From positions 186,001 to 250,000 of the forward strand of contig CM026547.1 in NCBI GenBank assembly GCA_014905635.1: 64,000 bases of DNA, written 5' to 3'. The stretch comes from Scenedesmus sp. PABB004 (lineage: Eukaryota). Within the stretch, counting starts at the first letter, position 1. Every line of letters starts with the position of its first letter. A model generated the notes under the pieces. The model did not search any database, was not told the DNA's origin, and saw only the letters and a list, made by a program, of their open reading frames with translations. Below are positions 59,201 to 64,000 of the stretch, piece after piece. The translations under genes were made by a program, and so were the position numbers.

Positions 59201-62200
59201 TGCCAGGTTGAGCGCGTAGGGCGCGAGGCGGGGGCAGGGCGCGCCGATGGGCGGGAGCACGCCGGAGAGGCGGTTGAAGCTGAGGTCGACCCAGCCCCAG
59301 CCCTGGTAGTCGGACAGGAAGGTGCGGTCGCGCCAGGGCATGGAGAAGAGCTCCGCCGGCACGGTGCCGGTGAGGGCGTTGCGGCTGAGGTCGAGCGACC
59401 CGATGCTCGCGGCGGGGCCGACCCACTCGGGCGGGATGGGCCCGCGTATTCCGCACGCCGCGTTCTCGGTGTCGCCGTCGTGGCCGCGGATGACGAGCTC
59501 GCTGAGCTGCGTCGTGAGGTTGGTGATCGGCGGCTTGGCCGCCGTCAGGCCGGCCACGAGGTGCCGCGGCAGGCTCCCGCTGAGGCAGTGGTGCGTGATG
59601 AGCAGCGCGTTGAGGTCGCGCAGCGCGCCGAGCTGCGGCGGCACGGCGCCGTCGTTGAAGAGAACGTCGAGCACCTCCAGCTTGCGCAGCTGGATGAGCG
59701 GGAAGGTGAAGCGCGGGCCCAGCGTCGGCGCCGAGGCCGCGCCGAGCGCGCGGCCCGCCACGCCGCCGTCGACGGCGATCGCGAGCGAGAGCACCATGCC
59801 CGTCTTGCCGAACGTCGCGGTGAACTTGCCGAGCCAGGGGCGCTGCCACGCCGCGTTGTCGCCGCGCTTGGTCACGAGGAAGGAGTCGGCGGTCAGGCGG
59901 TTGGGCTTGCCGCTCGGCGGCATCGTCGCGCCGGGCGCGAGCTTGATCGACGTGATCGCCGGCTCCACGGCGTGCATGATGCCCGCCAGCGCGCGGGCCT
60001 GAGAGTACTTGGGCGCCGCAAAGTACGCGACGCGGTCAAACTCGCCGGGCTGCGCGGAGCGTGCACGGCGGCGACGGACGGCAGCGCGGGCGTCAGGAGG
60101 CGGGGGCCGCGCGCGCGGCGGCGGGTGCGCAGCGCGGCGCCGGGCGCCGGCGCCGCGGTGCCCCCCCCCCACCCCCCCCTCCCACGCGCCTGGTCGGCCT
60201 TGGAGATGTTGCACACGCGCACGGACCCGCCGCGCGGCAGCGTCGCGGGCGGCTCGGCGTCGTAAAAGTTGAGCGTGCACGCGACCGTGCCCGGGCGCAC
60301 GCACGCGACTGCGCCCGCGCCGCCGTCACGCTGCCCGCGCAGCGCGGCGGTGGTGCAGTTGGTCGCCGTCGCGCGGCCGGCCGCGTCGTAGTCGACGCAC
60401 TCGAAGAACGGCCACGCCGCGGCGTCGCCCGCGGCGCGCAGCGGCAGCACGTCGCGCGTCGTCGCACCGACGACGGACAGGATGTCGAGCAGCTCCGAGG
60501 GGCTGCGGCGGCCGGGGAACTTGTACTTGACGACGCGCTCCAGCCCGCGCCCGCCGTGCGCCCGGGAGAGCGTGTCCTGGTTGCGCAGCACAAAGTCACG
60601 CATGTTGATGCCAAACGCGTCGGCGACCGCCGAGAGCGGCTCGCGCGCGCGCGCGGTGTAGGTGTAGCAGTCGGGGTCCAGCTTGAACAGGTCGGCGGCC
60701 GGGTCGACCAGCGTCACGGGCTTGGGGTCGCGCCAGGGCTGCGTCTCGTGCAGGTCAAACGGCCCGCCCGGCGCGGGCACGCACTCGACGCCAAACGTCT
60801 GGTCCGGCACGCCCACGCCGGCGACGCCCATCTTGATCTGCGGCGCGGCGCGCGGCGGCGCGGCGGCGAGTCGGCGTCGGCGCTGCCAGCTGCGGCGGCG
60901 GCCGGCAGGGGGCTGCCGTGCTCGCGCGCTTGCCCACGCACCTTGAACAGCCCGTCCGCGGTCACGCCGCGCTCGCTGTCCATCGTCGACGCGGTGTCGC
61001 CCCAGCTGTTGAGGATGGTCCAGGTGAAGTCCACGTTGTCATAGCCCACGATCGCGACCGCGTGGCCGAAGAGCGGCTTCGCGGTCGCGTTGAAGACGTA
61101 CGGCGGCAGCTCCACGCCGCGCCGGGACCGGGCCGAGGCGTTGAACTGCACGGCAAAGTCGTCGTTGACACTGCGGGGGGCGCCGTGAGGGGGCGCGGCG
61201 GGGCTGAGGCGCGTGCGGCGCGGCGCGGCCGCGGCCGCGGCCAGGGGCGGCCAGCCCCGCCGACGGACGGCCGCGCGCAGACGCTCACGTGATGCGGCTG
61301 ATGACGGAGCCGTGGTTGCGGATGTGCTGCTGGATCTGCCAGAAGCTTGAGAGCGAGCGGTAGGAGCACTTGAGCCAGGGCTGCGCGTCGGTGAACTTGG
61401 CGCACTGCACCGAGCCGCCCGGCGCCGCGTAGTTGGCGGCCTGCCGGCAGCTCGTCTCCCACTGCGTGACCTGGGGCTCCTTGGTTACGTCGTTCAGCCA
61501 GCCGGCCATGTCGGCGCACTCGGTCGGCCGAATGAGGTGAGGCGCCTCGTCAACGATGAAGTTGAGAGCCTCCTGGATCTGGGCGGCGCGGCGCGGCGGG
61601 GCGCGTCGGCGCGGCGGGCGTGGCGGGCGCGGCAGGGCGCCGCGGGCGCCGCGGGCCCTGGCCGGGCCACCGCGCGACCCGCCGCGCGACCCGCCGCCGC
61701 GCGCGTGGCGCACCTTCCAGCCCGTCTTGCACGTGCGGCCGCCTGCGGCACGGCCGCGCGCGGGCGCGCGCATGTCACGGCCCAGCCGCGCGCGCGCTGG
61801 CGCGCGCCCGTGCAGAGGGCCGGCGCGGCGCCCCCTGCCGCCGCCGCCGCCGCCGCACCCTTGGAGCAGTAGAAGAGCGACTGCGGGCTCACGTCCCAGC
61901 GGCTGACGCCGGCAAGCTCGGGGACCTTGCGCGTCGCCCTGGCGGTCGCGATCTGCATCGCGCTGGCAATCGCCTGCGCGACGCACGTCGAGCACTCGCC
62001 CTGGTCGCGCGCCCGCGGCAGCGGGGCGGTCAGGAAGGTCTTCGGCGAGCCGGCAATGTAGTACATCTGCGGGCGCGGCGGCGGCGGGGCAGGGGCGGGG
62101 TGGGCGGCGGCGGCCGGGCGCGCGCCGAAGCACACAGCTGCGGCGCGCGCGTGCGCCGCCGCGCCACGCACCGACATCTGCAGCTGCGTCATCTCGTCGG

Positions 62201-62538
62201 CGCTGCCGAAGCTGCTGCCTGCGCGTGGGTGCGGGCGCGCGCCGTGAGCGGGCGCGCGGCGCAGCGTTGCGCGCAGCCGCGGGCCGCCGCGCCGCCGCGC
62301 GCGCACCCGAGCCGCCCTTGCCGATGGTCCCGCGGCCGGTGGACGTGCTGGTCATGCCCACGAGGTCCTCGAACGAGCCGAACGCGCCCGCCGCGCCGAC
62401 TTCGCCGATGGCGAGCTGCTCAAAGCTGATGTCGAGGCCCTGGCCCGCTGACGGCTGGACCAGCGCCGCGACCGCCAGCGCGAGCAGCAGCAGCGCCACC
62501 GGTCTGCCGGCGCCGCTGGTCTGGCGGGACCGAGCCAT
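56282..62538 (-). CDS. Large secreted protein: papain-like (C1A) cysteine protease + LysM-like + multiple LRR blocks
   Basis: Signal peptide ALLLLALAVAALVQPSAGQ; RDQGECSTCVAQA, SPQSLFYC, FGHAVAIVGYD, ILNSWG, GLFKIKMG; CYTYTARAREPLSAVADAFGINMRDFVLRN (LysM-like); many LxxLDLSxNxLtGxlP repeats and a YCRLWKGVSCD LRR cap. Confidence 0.88.
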
Positions 62539-63253
62539 GGTCCCGCCCGAACGGGCGCCTGGGGCGGCTGCGGGTTCGCGCCGCGGCGCGCGGTGCCGGC
62601 GCGCTGCAGCGGCGGCGGCGCGAGCCCTACGCGCCTGCGGTGCGCGCAGCCGGCGGCCGCGAGGTCGGGCGTGAGTTGGGTGAGGCGTGGGAGCCGTGGA
62701 CGCGCGCTGGGGCCGCGCGGCCCGCCACGCGCGGCAGCAGCAGCGCCTGGTGAGGCGCGGCGCGCACCGGGCCGAGGCGCCGCGCCGCGGCCGCGTGGCG
62801 TCGCCAGGAGAGTGCAGCAGGGCCAGAGCCGTCGATAGACCGCCCCCGGATCGGTGCTGCGCTCGCCCGGCGGAGGGCGCAGGTCCGGCGGGCCTGCTGC
62901 TGGCGCAGTGCTCGGCGCGCGCGGCGCGCGGGACCGCCGTCGTGCGCTTACGATCAGTCAGAGTGGCGTGGGCAGGGCGTCGGTGCCCGAGCGCGGGTCG
63001 GGACCGCGCAGGTCTCTTCTGGGCAAGTTCAGTGTGCCAGACCTGGCCGCGCGCTGCCCGCGACACGCCCGTTGCATCCTCGAGTTTGTTTCAAACGCTC
63101 CTGCACGTCACAGAGCCGTTTGCGGCGGCGCAGCGAGCGTGTCACCCGGGCGACGCTGCTCGCGCCGACCGGTGACGCACGGCGGCGGCGGCAGCGCAGG
63201 CCAATGTTAAACGCGCGCAACCCACACGCAGAGAAACACACCAGCCTTCTGGT

Positions 63254-64000
63254 TCAGGCGTCGTCGTCATCGCTCAGGCCCAGCTGGTCGCCCGGCCCCG
63301 CGACCATGAGCTGCCGCAGCAGCGCGGCGTCGCCCGCCGCGCCCTTACCGCCTCCCGCCAACGACCCCGCCGCGCCGCCGCCGCCGCCGCCGCCGCCGGT
63401 CGCGCCGGCCGACCCGCCGCCGCTCGTCGTGCCGCCGCTGGCCGCGCGCGCGATGGCGGCCGCGGCGAGGCCGCTCGCGGCGCGCAGCGCGACGAGGCTG
63501 CCGCGCACCAGGCGCCCGCCCGTGTCGCGCGTCCAGCGCCCCGCGGCCTGCAGGTGGTCCTGAATGCTCGCCGGCAGCGCGTTCACCGCCGCCTCGTCCT
63601 CCTCGTCCCAGTAGCCCGCCACGACCTTGGCGCGCAGCGCTGCGTCGTCGCCACTGACGCCGCCACCGCCGCCGCCGCCGACGACGACGACGGCCGCGGG
63701 CTGCGCCGGCGGCTCGACGGCGCCGCGGTCGCCCGGGCCGCGCGCCGCGCGCTGCGCGGACGCGGCGGCGGCGGCCGCTGCGGCGGCGCGGCCTGCAAAC
63801 GCGGCCTTGAGCGTGCCGGCGGCGTGGCCAGCCGCGAGCGCCGACGCGGCCGCCGAGCTGTCCGGCGCCCGCGCCGGCACGCGAGCCCCAGGCGAGCCCC
63901 GGTGCTGGCTGGCCAGGGCGTAGCCCCAAGGGTCTCCCTGGTCCTGGTGCGCGCCGCCGCCGCTGGCCGTGCCGCCGGCCAGGTCGTCGGCATCGCTGTC
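63254..64000 (-). CDS. 3' terminal exon of an unknown gene truncated by the window edge
   Basis: Open frame DSDADDLAGG...DPWGYALASQH...LRAKVVAGYWDEEDEAAVNALPASIQDHLQAAGRW...LSDDDDA* with host-like codon usage. Confidence 0.65.
   Translation of the reverse strand, partial: DSDADDLAGGTASGGGAHQDQGDPWGYALASQHRGSPGARVPARAPDSSAAASALAAGHAAGTLKAAFAGRAAAAAAAAASAQRAARGPGDRGAVEPPAQPAAVVVVGGGGGGGVSGDDAALRAKVVAGYWDEEDEAAVNALPASIQDHLQAAGRWTRDTGGRLVRGSLVALRAASGLAAAAIARAASGGTTSGGGSAGATGGGGGGGGAAGSLAGGGKGAAGDAALLRQLMVAGPGDQLGLSDDDDA

Noticed and set aside
1..64000. Hundreds of long overlapping Ala/Arg/Pro/Gly-rich ORFs (e.g. 10337..14425, 1362 aa)
   Set aside because: Stop codons are rare at this GC content; these frames run through introns and antisense strands and lack family motifs.

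Overview
Very GC-rich, intron-dense eukaryotic DNA, most consistent with a chlorophyte green alga (Sphaeropleales-like; inferred from gene content, short GC-rich introns and codon usage). The long Ala/Arg/Pro/Gly ORFs in the six-frame track are mostly GC artefacts, so genes were rebuilt by hand by splicing. About 24 protein-coding genes can be supported: SnoaL-like protein, LAMMER/CLK kinase, NMP kinase-guanylate kinase-Dpy-30 fusion, DDX46/Prp5, METTL18, CBS protein, small secreted orphan, POLD2, TRM2A-like, NAA10, NCBP3, expansin-like DPBB protein, TTC4/Cns1, bS21m, bestrophin-like, two zinc-finger microproteins, RNASEH2C, DGAT2, a papain-LysM-LRR protein, an unknown gene and two edge-truncated genes. 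The most striking structure is a ~1.3 kb palindrome (48338-49659). Its ~610 bp near-identical arms carry the upstream region, a 5' UTR intron and the first four codons of two divergent, strongly diverged C-C-C-H zinc-finger microproteins (50 and 66 aa). Other highlights: a secreted papain-type protease-LysM-LRR fusion with intact catalytic residues, very frequent GC-AG introns (6 of 17 in DDX46), a possible spliced or bicistronic link between SnoaL and CLK, scattered telomere-like motifs, and three single-base frameshifts that look like assembly errors. No rRNA, tRNA, CRISPR or transposase was recognised. All family calls come from motif recognition by eye; no searches were run, and exon boundaries are manual estimates.
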